Shown piece by piece: positions 27,061-42,560 of a stretch of 64,000 bases of DNA (positions within the stretch are counted from its first letter, which is position 1; each line of letters opens with the position of its first letter). Location: assembly GCF_009914755.1 (NCBI RefSeq), contig NC_060930.1. One strand, 5' to 3'. A model generated the notes under the pieces. That model was not told the origin of the DNA. It did not search any database and worked only from the letters and a program-made list of their open reading frames with translations. The translations under genes were made by a program, and so were the position numbers. Source of the stretch: the human T2T-CHM13v2.0 reference genome, Homo sapiens.

Positions 27061-27438
27061 AAAGTGATGTGACAATGAAAGCAAAATAGAACCTATTATA
27101 ATCAAGATTTAGTAAATAATCATAGATCAATATATCAGTGAGGAAGGTGATCAGAAAGATAATCAATAAATCTTTGGGGCGTGAAGATGGAGACCTGTTA
27201 AAGCTGAGAACCAACCAAAGAAGGATTTGCACTGAACAGCTTAGCAATGAATGTTCTTCCAGAGAGGCTATTTGAGAGGTGCTCCCACATTGAGCTGCCT
27301 CACAAGAGCAAGACATCAACTGAGAAGGCATCCCTAGGGACCAAAAAGTTATCCCTGATCAACAGAGAGGACATTCCCTTGAGACCTGCTAGATGTGACA
27401 GAACATCAGTTTGAATAGATCATTAAAACTGTCCAACA

Positions 27439-28180
<742 letters not shown>

Positions 28181-29794
28181 GAAAGCATCAAAGCAATACA
28201 GACAATCTACTCACAAGGAAAATTGTGTTGTACCACTGGGTTTTGTATCAGAAAACAAAAATGGGAACTCCCTAGAACTACTTTATGGAATTATGACGAA
28301 AAATGCTCCTGCTCCATAAAAGCTGGTGAACGCGATCCTATTCACCAACTTAGACTGTGAACTATATGTGCATATATATGTGTGTGGTGTGCATAGCATA
28401 TGAATGAATACACATAAATAGATAAAACATTGCCCTGAAACATCTTAAGAGATATCGTTATAAAAGACGGTATTTGAGGTAGGCTTTATGTAGTATCAGT
28501 ATAGGTCGATTCTATAGTCAGGGACATGATAGGTTAACAAGGTTCAGTACGTTGGTCTGGGAGCCTAAAGCACCTCCATATCTTTCCATCATTCAAACAT
28601 ATACACATTTATCAAACTGAAATATGAACTTATTATTCTACACCATTGTATCAGTGGAACTAATGAACTATAAATTCTAAGTTAGAAATGATGAAATACC
28701 AACACATATTTTGGAACTGCTTTTACTACCAATAAAGACATTGGCAAGATGCTAGTTTAGCCATTTGGAGAGAGTTGGTGTCATGTTATTTCTATGTTAG
28801 TATTCCAAATATTCATCAGAATGTTTTAGCCCCATTGTTTTAATCTTTAATCTTTATAACTTTAAAGAATAAAAGGAATTTATGTGATAAGAAAGCCTAC
28901 CAACTAAGACTTCAATACTTCAATCCTGTCTGTATAGTGGCAACCACTGGTTAATAGGGAATTGATAGAAGCAAGGCTTTTGGCTGCTAAATTGTATTAA
29001 AACTTATAGATGAGTTTTATTTCATTCTTTTGTGGCCACCTAAAATTTATATCACTTTTACTAGTTTTGAATATTTTAATTTTACTTAAGTTCAGGGGGT
29101 TTGATGGTGGCATTGGAGAAGGTGTTATACTAATACAACTTTCCTCCACTTAATTCCATTATCCCTATTTAACCTCTTCACACGCATCTCCCAGTGCTCA
29201 TAGTTAAGTCTCTTCTTTCTGCAACTGCCTTCTCTGACTGTTCTTGCAGCCTTAAGGGCCTTTTAGCATAGCAATCCCTATGTCCAGTCAATAGCCATTC
29301 TATCTTCTCACACTTACTATTATCTTTCACAGATAAATACACCTAAGGAGTTATTATTTATTGTCACAAAAGCAACTAAACAAGTTTCATGTGAGAGCAT
29401 TATTTGTCTTAAAATAAGTAAGTTAATATAGTTTCTTTCTTTTCTAAAAATGCCATTGCTATTGATACAAATAACACAGATGTTCAGAAAATATTGAGTA
29501 GGTTGTGAGTTATGTCTGCAATTGTACCACTTATTAATATGTTGTTTCCCCTGAAGAGTGACTTTAATAATTCCAAAGTGTTATGTGATTAGATAAAAGG
29601 GTGAAAAGGACAGTTTGCTGGTTTTGTATAGAAGAAGCATACCATTCCTCGTGGAGGAATTGGTAATTCAGAAGAGAATTCAGTGGAGGAAGGCAGGTGG
29701 GTGATGCAAGCCTATGGAGATGGAAGAGCCCTGGCTTTTAAGCTAGTTGTCCAGTGATCAAATATAATAGTTAGTAATTAAAATCTGGTTGGCT

Positions 29795-29950
29795 TTTTTT
29801 TTTGAAACAGAGTCTTGCTCTGTCACCCAGGCTGGAGTGCAGTGGTGTGGTCTCCACTCACTGCAACCTCTGCCTCCTCAGCTCAAGTCATTCTCATGCC
29901 TCAGCCACCTAAGTAGCTAGGACTGCAGGCATCTGCCACCATATCCAGCT

Positions 29951-29983
<33 letters not shown>

Positions 29984-30097
29984 TAGAGACAGTGTTTCAC
30001 TGTTGCCCAGGCTGGTCTTGAACTCCAGAGCTCAGGTGATCCCCCCTTGGCCTCCCCAAAATGCTGGGATTACAGGCAGGAGCCACTGTGCCAGGCC
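29795..30097 (-). mobile_element. Alu (J or old S) with expanded central T30
   Basis: Perfect 15-bp TSD aaaatctggttggct (29780-29794 / 30098-30112). Confidence 0.95.
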
Positions 30098-30301
30098 AAA
30101 ATCTGGTTGGCTCTTGATAATTATTTCTTGATTGACTGGATGGAAAAATAATTGAATAAATAAAAGAAGTGGATTTATCTCAAACAAAGGCTTTGATCTG
30201 TTGATGAAGAACTTATTTTCTTATCTATTATGTGTGGATCTTAGATTAAATCTTCAGAAAGTTAAGCTCAGAACCTATTATTTGCTGTATTCTAGATTTC
30301 C

Positions 30302-30613
<312 letters not shown>

Positions 30614-30969
30614 TAGATTTTCAATCAAGAATATGCTCAATATTTCAAGAGACTCAGAAGATCTTTGCGAAGTACATATATATTTTGTTGATATATACAA
30701 ATATTTCCAAGTAAAAATTCATGTGAACAACATTTAAACCAATTTTATTGCTTTGATAAAGTATAATTTTGATGAGCATAAACTTTAAGTATAATGTGAA
30801 CAAAATAGTTAATTATTTTAAGGGAATTTTATTTAAAGAGGTTAGATATCCAATTGTAGACACATTTCAGTTCTTTCAGATACTAGCATTTCCAAAAAGA
30901 CTAAATGACCTGTAAGACTATTGAAAAACTGACAGCTTATTATTAGTTTACCCTACCCAGTAGAGAAGA

Positions 30970-31187
30970 TGATTATTTACTATGTACCATATACTTGACA
31001 CATTTAAGTAATCCTTACTTTTTATAATTACTCTCTGTTAAGTATTATAATTTCTATTTTACAGATAAGAAATCAAATTCACTAAGTAACTTGTCAAGGA
31101 TACAATACCTAAGTGGAAGAAGCAGGATTCGACCTAGGTCCACCTGCTTCCAAAACCTATTTAGTTTCTATTGCACAATGCTGTCTC
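30970..31187 (-). mobile_element. MIR
   Basis: attttacagataagaaa...aagtaacttgtcaagg...gcaggattcgacctagg. Confidence 0.75.
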
Positions 31188-32550
31188 TACAGTCAGATGA
31201 ATGTTAGATGAATGAAGGCACACACATATACACATACACACACACATAAATGGCAAATTTCCTTACTTCTATCCTAATCCAAAACTTGTACTGGCAGCAA
31301 AAGCATACAGGTGCTGTAATTATGTAGGCAAGAAAATAAAACCTAGAGAAAGCATATTCTGAATAGGAGAGAACATGGTTTATTCTTGTAATCACTTAAC
31401 TGAATGCAGGCATTCCATTGTGACTCAGATTCTAATTGAAGCACAGTAGAAGTTTAGAAACTGTGTTAATGGTTTTTTTTCCCACTTACCTTTTCCTTTG
31501 TCAATGTCATAGGGTGCTAGGAATCACTCCACTCTGAAGGATTCCCTTGTCTTCATGGCCCAGTTTCTCTGACACCGTGTTTATTCTTATGATGACCATG
31601 GTGGTAAGCGGGGACTTGACAAGATCCCTTTTGCCCTTTTATTGTCAACGGAATTTAATAGAACAACTTCTTTGAGGCTCTTCAAACATGAACTCTCCAT
31701 TTCAAACTGCTTCCAAGTATGTCACTACTAAACAGAAATTTCTAGTGAAAGAAATAAACCATATGCTGCTTTTCCCTTCAGCTTATTTTAACCATATGGT
31801 ACTAGAAATCGGAATGTTACAGTGCTATTAATTTAAACTCCCCGTGTTTCCAGCACTACTGTTCCCCAGTTAATTTAAAGAAATCTTTACTACTGGCCTG
31901 GAAAAACTGTCTTTGCCAAATAATTAAGAAGCAACATGAGGAGAGAACATGTAACTGAAAGGTGCACTCAAGTGGGCCTGAGCCTAAGAACACCACTCTA
32001 AACCCAGAGTTCACAGAACACATACTGAACTATTACAAGAGTTCTGTGTTTGCACTTAATTCTGGCTTGGAACAGAGCTCACAGGTTGTCACTGATATCC
32101 TACTCACTGTTTTTAACAAAAGGGCTGAGTCTGGAGCATTATCCTTCATTTGAATTACACATATTGAGTACTTCAAAAGCTACAGAAGTTATTTGAGGTA
32201 ACTATAAAAATGTTTTTATTTATAGTTTTATTAAAAAGCATAAACATGTTTTCAACACTGGAAGAATGACAACATATCTTCAACATAAATTCAGTAGGAC
32301 ACTAAGTTTTTTAAGAAAATTATAAAATAAAAGTTTGTTCATCTTAGAAATTAGAAAAAACTGAAGAAATTAGTCACACAGAGATGCAATGTCCACTCTT
32401 CAAATATAACTGTTGATTTAAATTTTAAAAAGATAAAAGATAATATAAATTAATTTCATGTAAACTAAAAAGTGTAACTCAGAGCCTTTGCAAATTTCAT
32501 ATTCGTGTCTGTTCTTTGCTTTTCATTTTGTTCAGGGTGTATTGGGACAC

Positions 32551-32947
32551 TGAGATTGTTTGGCTCTATGTCCCCATCCAAATCTCATGTGGAATTGTAA
32601 TCCCCATGTGTTCAACGTGAGGCCTGGTGGGAGGTGATTGGATCATGGGGGTGGTTTCTAATGGTTTAGCAACACCCCCCTAGTGCTGTCACATGATAGA
32701 GTTCTTACAAGAGATCTGGCTGTTTAAATGTGTGTAGCACTTCCCCCTTCTCTCTCTCTTTCTCTCCTGCCATTTGGTGAGAAGGTGCTTGTTCCAGTTG
32801 CTTTCTGCCATGATTACAAATTTTCTAAGGCCTCCAGTCATGCTTCCTGTTAAGCCTGAGGAACTGTGAGTCAATTAAACCTCTTTTCTTCATGGATGAC
32901 CTAGTCTCAGGTAGTTCTTTATAGCAGTCTGAGAACAGACTAATACA
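32551..32947 (+). mobile_element. MaLR solo LTR (MSTA-like)
   Basis: TG...CA termini; perfect 5-bp TSD gacac. Confidence 0.92.
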
Positions 32948-34736
32948 GACACAAATAAGGTTTCCATTTTTTATTTTAATGTCATGTTTATCAATATTTT
33001 TCTTTATGAGTTTTGGCTTATTAAGCCCCATTTAAGAAATTCTCCCCTACTTTAAACTCATATACATGTTTAAAAATTTTTTTCTTCTAAAAGTTTTAGT
33101 TTTCACTTGTAGGTATTTAATAAGCCTGAAATTTATTTTCCTGTATAGTAGGGATTTATATCTGATTCTCCCTCACTGCCATGAGAAAAACCAACTGTTG
33201 CTGCATCATTTATTGGATAATTCATAATTCCCAACCAATTTTTAATGACAATTCTGTTGCACAACATTATTTGAGATATGTCTGAGTCTATTTCTGATCT
33301 CTGTATTCTGTACTCTTTGTCAATTTGTCTGTCCTTGGCTTAATACATTACTTTTTTAATCATTATAAATATAGAAATTGCTATCTTATAGGACAAATCC
33401 CCATTTAATGCTCATCTTCAGAGTTGTCTTGGCTATTCCTGGCCCTTTAGTTGTCCAAATGAATTTTATGATAACAATGTCAAATTTCTTAAAAATGTGT
33501 GAGAGTTTTACTATAATCATATCGCATTTATAGATAAATTTTGAGGAAAGTCTTTTTTAACTTCATATTATTGAGTCTCTCCATCCATATTTTGTTAGAA
33601 CCCTAGCATCTATAGCATCTATCTTAGTGGTTATTGCTAGTGTATTGAGTTGCTATTTATTTTGTATGCTGATTAGATAAGCAGAAAACTTTCCTGATTT
33701 CTCAATATTTAAAATATTTTTTTATATTTCTATGGTTTTTCCATGCAATCATATCATCTGCAAATAAAGAGAGTCATATCCTTCTTTCTAATACTTATAT
33801 CTTTTATTTCTTTTGCTTATCTTATTGCAATGGATAGGACTTCCAATAAAACGTTGAATAAAATGGTGATAGTAGTCTCTTTTATCTTGTTTCTGATTTA
33901 AAATAATGCCCCTAAGTTTTACAATTAAGGACAACGTTTGTTTTAGGTTTTTAATAGATTTTTTAAGTTAGGATAAGGAAATAGCCTTCTCTTCTGAATT
34001 TATTAAATTTTCTTATTATAAGTGCAATTATAAAAAATTAATATATGTTTCCAGCATTTACCTAGATGCTTCTGTAGTTTCTGTCCTTTACTTATTACTC
34101 TTGGCACCTAGGGGTGCCAAGATGGTTCAGCATCATAAAATCTCATGATATATTCATGATATATTTATTTTTAATAGATAGCTTAGTGACATTTGCTTGC
34201 ATTTTATTTAATATTTTGGAATCTGTATTTATAAGTGAAACACTTATGTACAATTTATAAGTGAAATGCTTTCTTGTATATTCCTTGCCAGGTATTGATT
34301 ATTGTTTTGTTGCTATTGTTCCTGTGGTTTTCTACAACAGTTTATATAAAACAATAATAATTTTTTCCTTGGAGTCAAGATTACTACTAATGCAATTTGG
34401 ACCTCAGCCCTTTTGTGGGAATATAATAATAATCTAACTATTAACAATATAATTCCATTAAGGTTTGTTGCTTTATTGTGGTTCTCCTTTTCGTCTTGAG
34501 TTTCTGTTAGTGATTTATATTTTCCTAAATAGTATTCATTCCATCAAAGTTGTACAACTTATTTGCCAAAAATTTTTCCTAGTATATCATATGACTGTTT
34601 AAAATCTTTCTAATATCTGCAATTAGTCCTCTTTTAATTTTTAAGATAGTTTATCATATCACCTCTCTGTTTCTTAAATAGTATTTCCGGAGGTTCTAGG
34701 TAGTTTTCCTGATTCATTCTATTGTTTCTTAGCTTT

Positions 34737-35107
34737 TGTTTAGTCCATTTTCACACTGCTATAAAGATACTACCTGCTATAAAGACAGGGTAATTTATAA
34801 ACAAAAGAGGTTTAATTGACTCACAGTTCTGAATGGCTGGGGAGGCCTCAGAAAACTTACAGTCATGGTGGAAGACAAAGGGAAAGGAAGGCATCTTCTT
34901 CACAAGGCAGCAGGAGAGAGAGTGAGCCAGGGGAAACTGCACCTTTTAAACCATCAGACCTCATGAGAACTAATTCACTATTATAAGCCCAGCATGGGGG
35001 AAACCGCCCCCATAATCCAATCATCTCCCACGAGATCCCTCCCTCAACACGTGGGGATTACAATTCTTGATGAGATTTAAGTGGGTACGCAGAGCAAAAC
35101 CATGTTA
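34737..35107 (-). mobile_element. THE1 (THE1D-like) solo LTR
   Basis: ttagtccattttcacactgctataaag...aagaggtttaattgactcacagttc...gcagagcaaaaccatg. Confidence 0.9.
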
Positions 35108-35598
<491 letters not shown>

Positions 35599-36242
35599 AA
35601 GTTTTATATATACATTTTTTGCTTTCATTTTTATTATTTTTTTTTACTTTCTTTATGTTTACTTTGCTGTCTTTTTTAGTTTTTTGAATTGAATACACTG
35701 GATATTTTGAAATTCTTTTTCATATTGTTTTGTTTTAATACATGCACTTATGTCTATGAATGTACATTGGCTTTATTACACACATTTTTTATATAGTACA
35801 TAAAAATTTCATTCTAAAAATTTTGTAATTTCCATTTCTATTTCCTCTTTGATTCAAGGATTATTTAGGAGTTTTAGTTTCTAATATATATTTTACTATA
35901 TTTTTATTCATAATTTATAATTGTTATCAAAGAACGTGTTTTGTATAATATAATTTCTTTAAAGTTTATTGAAACCTACTTTGTGAACAATATTGTTCCT
36001 GTGTACTGAAATTTTCTTTTTCTATTTTCTGGGTTATATGTAGATAATATACATATATCATCAATGTTGTTTATATTGTATGTTTTATATATTTGCTGTT
36101 TTTATTTTTTAGATATTTACTAATTTGTTATGTACTTAATCCCTCAGTTTCTAGTAAAAGCATGTTAAACCCCTATACTATGATTGCGATTTGCAGAGTT
36201 TCTCCTTGTTATTCTTCGTGGTCTAATTGTCTTGGATAATTC

Positions 36243-36833
36243 TTCCTATCAGTTAGGGTGTGATCAGAAAATCAGGAAGACTTTGAGTAATGTTGAGGAA
36301 GGGATTTATTATAAGGGTTGGACCATAAACAACTGTGGGCTCTGGCTAAACTGTCTGTGCTGCTGCTTGTCTGGGGCTGCACCTAAAGGCAGCAGGGCCA
36401 ACAGGAAGGAAAGTGGACATGAAATGGGGAGAGCAGGAATAAGCCAGAAGCTGTGAGAAGACAATGAAAACTCAGAGGACACACTGGAAACTGTGTCTGT
36501 CTCACTGCCTTCAGGCCTCCACATTTGATGATATTAATCACCTGTAGGGGAAGCTGAAGCCCTTTGCCACAGAGCTGCACATGTTGGTGCAGAAGTCACA
36601 GAAGCTGTGGGAAGAGGTCCAGCAAGAGTCACAGGAGCTCTGGGACCAGCTGCTGCCCCAGGTGCTGCAACAGCTGAGCTGCAGAGCACAAATATGGTTG
36701 TTACTTAACTCCTGCCTTCCAAATTTCATGCAAATTTCTATTGAGGCCCGCCCTAATCTGGAAGCATACAGGGATGGGGATTCTGGAAAGTCTAGTTTCA
36801 GATTAGCTAGAATGACTGCACAAAGCCAACACA
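36243..36833. mobile_element. Old ERVL-type LTR-like insertion (family uncertain)
   Basis: GC-richer block interrupting L1M; ends ggattctggaaagtctagtttcagattagctag...caca, typical of old LTRs. Confidence 0.45.
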
Positions 36834-36984
36834 GTTTCCCTCACTATTTAGTTTCTTTCTTTATTCTTTTAAATGCTTTTAGCCTTTAACTATTCTGTTC
36901 GATATTAATGTTCTTACACTACTTTCTTTTGTTTAGGTTTTGCTTCATAGAAGTTTCTCATCCCTTTATTTAACTTTCTATTTG

Positions 36985-37432
36985 TATTAGACATGAAAAT
37001 CCATGGCTCATATCTCCTGCTCAGGGAACATAATCAACCAGGTGTCCCAGCTGCTGTTCTTCTGGGTCCGCCACTGTGTTCATGTTAAGGCCACATTTCC
37101 CACAGGCTACTCAAGCAGCAACTGAGCATAACAGGACAACTAATGCAGGTCCATTTCTGGAACACATGGAACTCCACAACCAGGTGACCTTGACCTAAGG
37201 ACTCCCAATTAGAGTGTCAAAAATGCCTTGAAACTGGATCGTGGTTTAAGAGTCTTCCTATTCAATCCTACATTCCCTCTCCCTTTCACAGGGGTCAGAC
37301 CTTCATGACAGGCTGAAGAGTTCCTTCTCCTCTTCTCCCTTTTACTTTACAAACATTTCTCCAATAAATTTCTTACACATCTAATTTTGTCTCTTCTTGG
37401 TGTCTGCTTCTTGGAGAACCTGAACTAATGCA
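36985..37432 (+). mobile_element. ERVL LTR (LTR40/LTR16-like)
   Basis: AATAAA followed by the ggtgtctgcttcttggagaacctgaactaatgca terminus. Confidence 0.6.
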
Positions 37433-37654
37433 CTGTGTATGTGTCACTTGTAAAGCATGTTTTAAGAGGTCTATGTTTAATTTTATTTTAATCTGACAAA
37501 TTTTTCTTTTAATGGATGAGTTTAATCTCATGTTCTCTACTTGTGGTATATGATATGTTTAGTTTCACTATTATATTGTTTTCTCTTTGCCAGCCTACTT
37601 CTTTACCTTTAGTTTTCCCCTTTCATGTTTTCAATTTGACTGCTTAAATCCTAA

Positions 37655-38040
37655 CAGGAAAAGCATGGGCTACTACAATAACAAAGCTTAAACTATAAGT
37701 GGCTTCAATTCAAAGTTATTTCTCACCCATTTTGTATGATCATTGTACATTGGCTTATTTAGTCTCTCAGAAACCCAAACCGATGAAGGCTCCATCTCAA
37801 CACACACTTTCCTAAGAAAGGCAAATAAAAGAGAATATGCCAAACACTCACTGGCTCTTCAAGCTTCCATCTAGAAGTGACACACGGCACTTCCACCTCC
37901 ATTGACTACAAGTAGTTACTTGGCCACTAAATTCAAGTATTGTAGTTACCTGAATACCTAAATTCAAATGGGCAAGGAAATGCAATGCTATCATGTGCCC
38001 AGGTAGAAAAGGATATTTGTGTATAGTCCTATTGAATACC
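37655..38040 (-). mobile_element. MLT1 (J/K/L-like) LTR
   Basis: agtggcttcaa...ttatttctcac...gaagtgacacac...cacttcc...gcaaggaaatgcaat. Confidence 0.6.
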
Positions 38041-38134
38041 TTTATTCCCCTCTGTTGGGTTGAAAACCATACAATATATTCTTATGCTTTTAATGGTTGT
38101 TCTTAAATATGCTTTAAACCTATCTACTTAACTA

Positions 38135-38470
38135 CACAGTTGGCCTCCATATCTGTGGGTTCCGCATCTGTGGATTCAACCAAGCATGAATTGAAAATAC
38201 TTGAGAAAAAGACATCTGTACTGAACATGTGCAGAGTTTTTCTTGTCGTTATTCTCCAAAACAATAGAGTAAAACAAGTATTTACATAGCACTTATATTG
38301 TATGAGACATTTCAAGTTATCTAGAGATGATTTAAAGTATACAGGAGGATGTTCATAGGTTATATGTAAATATTACACTGTTTTATGTCAGAGACCTGAA
38401 CATCAATGGGTTTTGGTATCCACAGGAAATCCTGGCACTAATCCCTCACAAATACTGCAGGATTATTGTA
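38135..38470. mobile_element. MER2 (TcMar-Tigger) MITE
   Basis: cagttggcctccatatctgtgggttccgcatctgtggattcaacc...ttttggtatccacagg...ttgta. Confidence 0.85.
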
Positions 38471-38726
38471 TTTCACTTTTTTAAACAAAGTCTAAATGTA
38501 TGTAATATTTTAATCTTGTACCCAAATTCAAGAAAACATTAATGGGCTTTAACTATCTCTCTTTTTTTCTTTGCTTAAAATAAATAATTTATCAGTTTTC
38601 TTCTTGATTGTGTTTTTATATTCACGGGCACATTTTAAATTTCAAGATTCTAATCTTTTTTTCGTATCTCCAGTTCCTATTATATTTCTGCCTAATTTTG
38701 TTTCATAATTTAATGATTCTTTACAT

Positions 38727-39311
38727 TAGGGGTCTACAAACCGTGGCCCATGGTCTATATCTGGGTCACTGCTAGTTTCTATAAGTAAAGGTTTATTGAA
38801 ACACACACATGCTTATTCATTTATGTACAGAGTGTCCCCAACTTACTATGGTTCAATTTACAGTTTTTTGACTTTCCAATAGTGATTCCAGCTATGTATA
38901 ATATATTAATGGTAGTACCCATATAACTCTTCTGTTTTTCACTTTCAGTACAGTATTCAATAAACCACATGAGATATTTAACACTTTATTATAAAATAGG
39001 CTTTGTGTTAGATAATTTCCAAATGTAGGCTAATGTTTAAGTGTTCTGAGTATGTTTATGATAGAATAAGCTAAGCTATCATGTTTGGTGGGCTAGGTGT
39101 ATTAAATCCATTTTTGACTGAAGCTATTTTCAGCCTATGATGGGTTTATCAAGACATAACCACATCATAGATTGAGGAGCATCTTTATGTCTATGGCTGC
39201 TTTCTTGCTATAATAGTACAGTTGAGTAGTAAAAAAAAGACTGTGTGGCCAGCAAAGACAAAAAGTATTTACCACCTAGCACCTTACAAAAAAAAAATTT
39301 GCACACCCCTG
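38727..39311. mobile_element. MER58A (hAT-Charlie), split by MER47
   Basis: aggggtc...caaac...ggccc at the 5' end and ttgcacacccctg at the 3' end; the halves rejoin across the insert. Confidence 0.78.
38828..39185. mobile_element. MER47 (TcMar-Tigger) MITE
   Basis: caga...tccccaacttactatggttc and catcatagattgaggagcatct TIRs, flanked by TA. Confidence 0.8.
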
Positions 39312-40719
39312 CTTTAAATGAGTTATGGACTTTCATTTTAAAGTTTTGATCACTTTAAACATACTTTAAAACAACTCTTTTTCAGACTGTCGTACAACAT
39401 TAATTTCATCTGGAGGGCTGTCTTCCCTAGAATTGCATTTCCTCGTGGGTTTTAGAACTTTGAAATATGGGCTCATTTTGAGAAGTGTTTTGTTTGTTAA
39501 ATGTTATTCTTCCCTTTTTCTCTCTTCCAGTGTCTTTCCTCTCTCCTGTCTAGCTGTTTTGTAGTTATCACCACTGGGTCTCAGCACTGCAGTATAGAAA
39601 CTGGTCTTACAATGGCAGTTTCGATTGATGAGGTTTTCCTTCTTGATGACTATAGGATTCTTGTGAATCCAGTCATCAAACCAGGAGAGTTGTTTGTGTA
39701 GTCACAAGATTCTTTCCTCCTTCAGCATCTCTATATTCACAGCTTGCTGTAATGCTTAGCCATCGTTAATAATCAGTAGTATGTTCTGAGCCGCTTTTGA
39801 TCAGAGAAGAGGGCAGACTCACCATAGCCACTAACTTCAATTGATACCTGGTTCAAATCTCTGCTTTGAACCAGGAGAGCAAGCACCTGCTCAGTGTTGC
39901 CTGCTTCTAAACTAGGACCCTACCAGATCTGTAACTTATTCTGGTTCATCTATTTTTATTTCTGCTGTTTCTGAGCCACAGAATTGTTTATCATATTTTT
40001 TAATCTTGGACTTAGTGCTTGGCTTTCTTTTAAAAAAATTTCAACATGTTATTGGCACACATTTGGAGCAGAGGGATGCATCAAAGCATGAACTGATGGC
40101 ACTACCTTGACTGAAAATCTCCATTACATAGTCGATGTGATGATATAATGGTATCTGTTTATAGTATCTATTTACTGGGTAATTAAAATCATAAGCATTG
40201 AGTTTAAATGAAGTTACTTGAGTGACTGATGATGAAGTAAATTCAGAGTTACTTTTCACAGGGGATACATCACGTTTTGCAAACTGCAGGATTTAAGTAG
40301 AAGTATTAAAGTAAATCAAATCTTTAATTCAGCAGAATAGAACTATCTTTATAGAAAGTAATATAAACTTGATTTCAAAAGAAAATCATAGTTCTGCATC
40401 TGAGAAGACAAAAGAAAAACAAAATCAGTTAGTAGAGTTTTACGTTTTATCAAGGCAAAGAGGCAAAAACAATTATATGGACAGAGAGTAAGGTATGATC
40501 TAAGCTACCAGCAATATTCATGAATTGTTTTTCATTTCATCTGAAATCTTTCATTTTAGAGCTCTAGTGGTTAATGTTCAGCTGTTAGTTTATTACTTAA
40601 TGGTTTAAAAGGACAAAAGGAGTAATAACTCATTTTTTTGAGACTGAATTTTATTTTCTTATACAATCTCCTTTGTTTCTGTTTTTGATTTCTGGATTAA
40701 CCTGGAGAGTCATGGTTGA

Positions 40720-40870
40720 ACCACTGGTGGAAGGAGACTGAGTCCCTCCATCAGTGCCTGACTAGAAACATCCAGATTGGACTGTTAGATAAGTGAGAAA
40801 TAAACTGATGTTTTGCCTAAGATCTGGTGGTGTATTGTTACTGTAACTAGTGTTGCCTTAATTAATGCAA
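40720..40870 (+). mobile_element. MLT1 LTR 3' fragment
   Basis: tggactgttagataagtgagaaataaact...ttgttactgtaactag...taatgca. Confidence 0.5.
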
Positions 40871-40920
40871 TGCTAGATGATACATTTCCGTCCTGCACCT
40901 GTTCTCCTAGCAGATTTTTA

Positions 40921-41347
40921 AAAGACTTGGAACCAACCCAAATGTCCAACAATGATAGACTGGATTAAGAAAATGTGGCACATATGCACCATGGAATACT
41001 ATGCAGCCATAAAAATGATGAGTTCATGTCCTTTGTAGGGACATGGATGAAACTGGAAACCATCATTCTCAGCAAACTATGGCGAGGACAAAAAACCAAA
41101 CACCGCACGTTCTCATAGGTGGGAAGTGAACAATGAGAACACATGGACGCAGGAAGGGGAACATCACACACCGGGGCCTGTTGTGGGGTGGGGGGAGGGG
41201 GGAGGGATAGCATTAGGAGATATACCTCATGCTAAATGAGGAGTTAATGGGTGCAGCACACCAACATGGCACATGTATACATATGTAACAAACCTGCATG
41301 CTGTGCACATGTACCTAAAACTTAAAGTATAATAATAATAAAAAAAA
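40921..41347 (+). mobile_element. 5'-truncated young L1PA 3' end
   Basis: Close match to the L1PA 3'UTR, including the G-tract and aacttaaagtataataataataaaaaaa. Confidence 0.95.
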
Positions 41348-41811
41348 TTTTTAAAAATGTTTTCAGCTTAAATACATGGTTTTCAATAGCTCTAATTTTT
41401 GTATGTCAGAGGAAATCAGAAAATTTATCTTATATTTATAAAAGTTATTTCCACATAATCAACCAATAAGTTTTTTAAACTGAAAATGAGCTTTATTTTG
41501 GTCATGAAAGGCTAATTTTAATTTGCTTTCCATTAAAGCAAAACAAAGATGCATTTTTAGATGGCTCTTTGGTCATCTGTTTCTATTCAATGGTTGCTTA
41601 TTACTTAATCTTAGTTTCAAAACTGAAATGGTATTTGAATAAAGTCTATCCAAATTTGAAAGTTGTCATTGGGATGAATATGCTGTGTAGTCGACCAAGA
41701 ACAGGCTTTGCCTAGTGAAGCTTGAGAAAGATTATTTTAGAACTAATAAAATAAAGGAGTTTCAACAAATCTGAACAATGTGTACCACACTCTCTTGAAA
41801 CTGCTTATCTG

Positions 41812-42140
41812 TTTCTTCAAACAGATATTTATTGAGCAATTTCCATGTATAAACTACCATGCTGGGCCCTGTAGGCAAAGAAAAAGAAATATGATTCACT
41901 CTCTCACAGCCTCCAGGATCTTAAATTGTGGAGACAAGAGATACTCAAATATGTTACATGAGATAGTGTATGATAAATGTTAAGAGTGCTAGAGCAATAA
42001 GTAATGCAGAAAAATAATCCAGAAAAGGGATACGGAAACTCCAGCTGAGGTAATTAGAGGTTTAGCTTGAAAAAGGGGATGATTTGGTATATTTGTAACA
42101 GGTTGAACAGCATACCCAAACTCTATGTAACAGGGTGAGA
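41812..42140 (-). mobile_element. L2 3' fragment
   Basis: tcaaacagatatttattgagca...catgctgggccctg. Confidence 0.6.
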
Positions 42141-42339
42141 TGGTTTGTGGCAAGGGTGTCTTTAGACCCCTTGATTCCAATCATGAGGTTGAGGCATTCT
42201 TACCAAATTTTGCAGAGACATGATTCTGTCATTGGATGACAAATCTATTGTTCATAAAAAGTAGACATGTAGGTTTCCTACTACATATTGAGCCTGAAAT
42301 AAAATTATTTTGTACATTATAATGAAGATAATAATAAAT

Positions 42340-42550
42340 CTAGATTTAGAATTGGAAAACTTACGGTCGGGTTTTTACTTCATAGAATAAGCTGAGATAG
42401 TCACTTAATGTCTCTGAACCTCAGTTTTTTATGTAAACTGGGGATAAATATTTCTACCCTTTTTATGTGAATAGTAGTTATGAAGACCAAATGAGAAATG
42501 TGTAGGAAAGTGTTTTTTAGACTGTCAAAGGCTATGAAAATGTAAAGGGC
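42340..42550 (+). mobile_element. MIR
   Basis: gtcacttaatgtctctgaacctcagttt...tgtaaactgggga. Confidence 0.7.
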
Positions 42551-42560
42551 ATAATGGATG

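Noticed and set aside
36581-36889. Q/E/L-rich coiled-coil-looking 102-aa ORF
   Set aside because: It lies within an old LTR-like insertion in an L1M, with no exon signals or recognised homology.
41173-41207. G-quadruplex-like G-tract
   Set aside because: A standard feature of every L1PA 3'UTR, not locus-specific.
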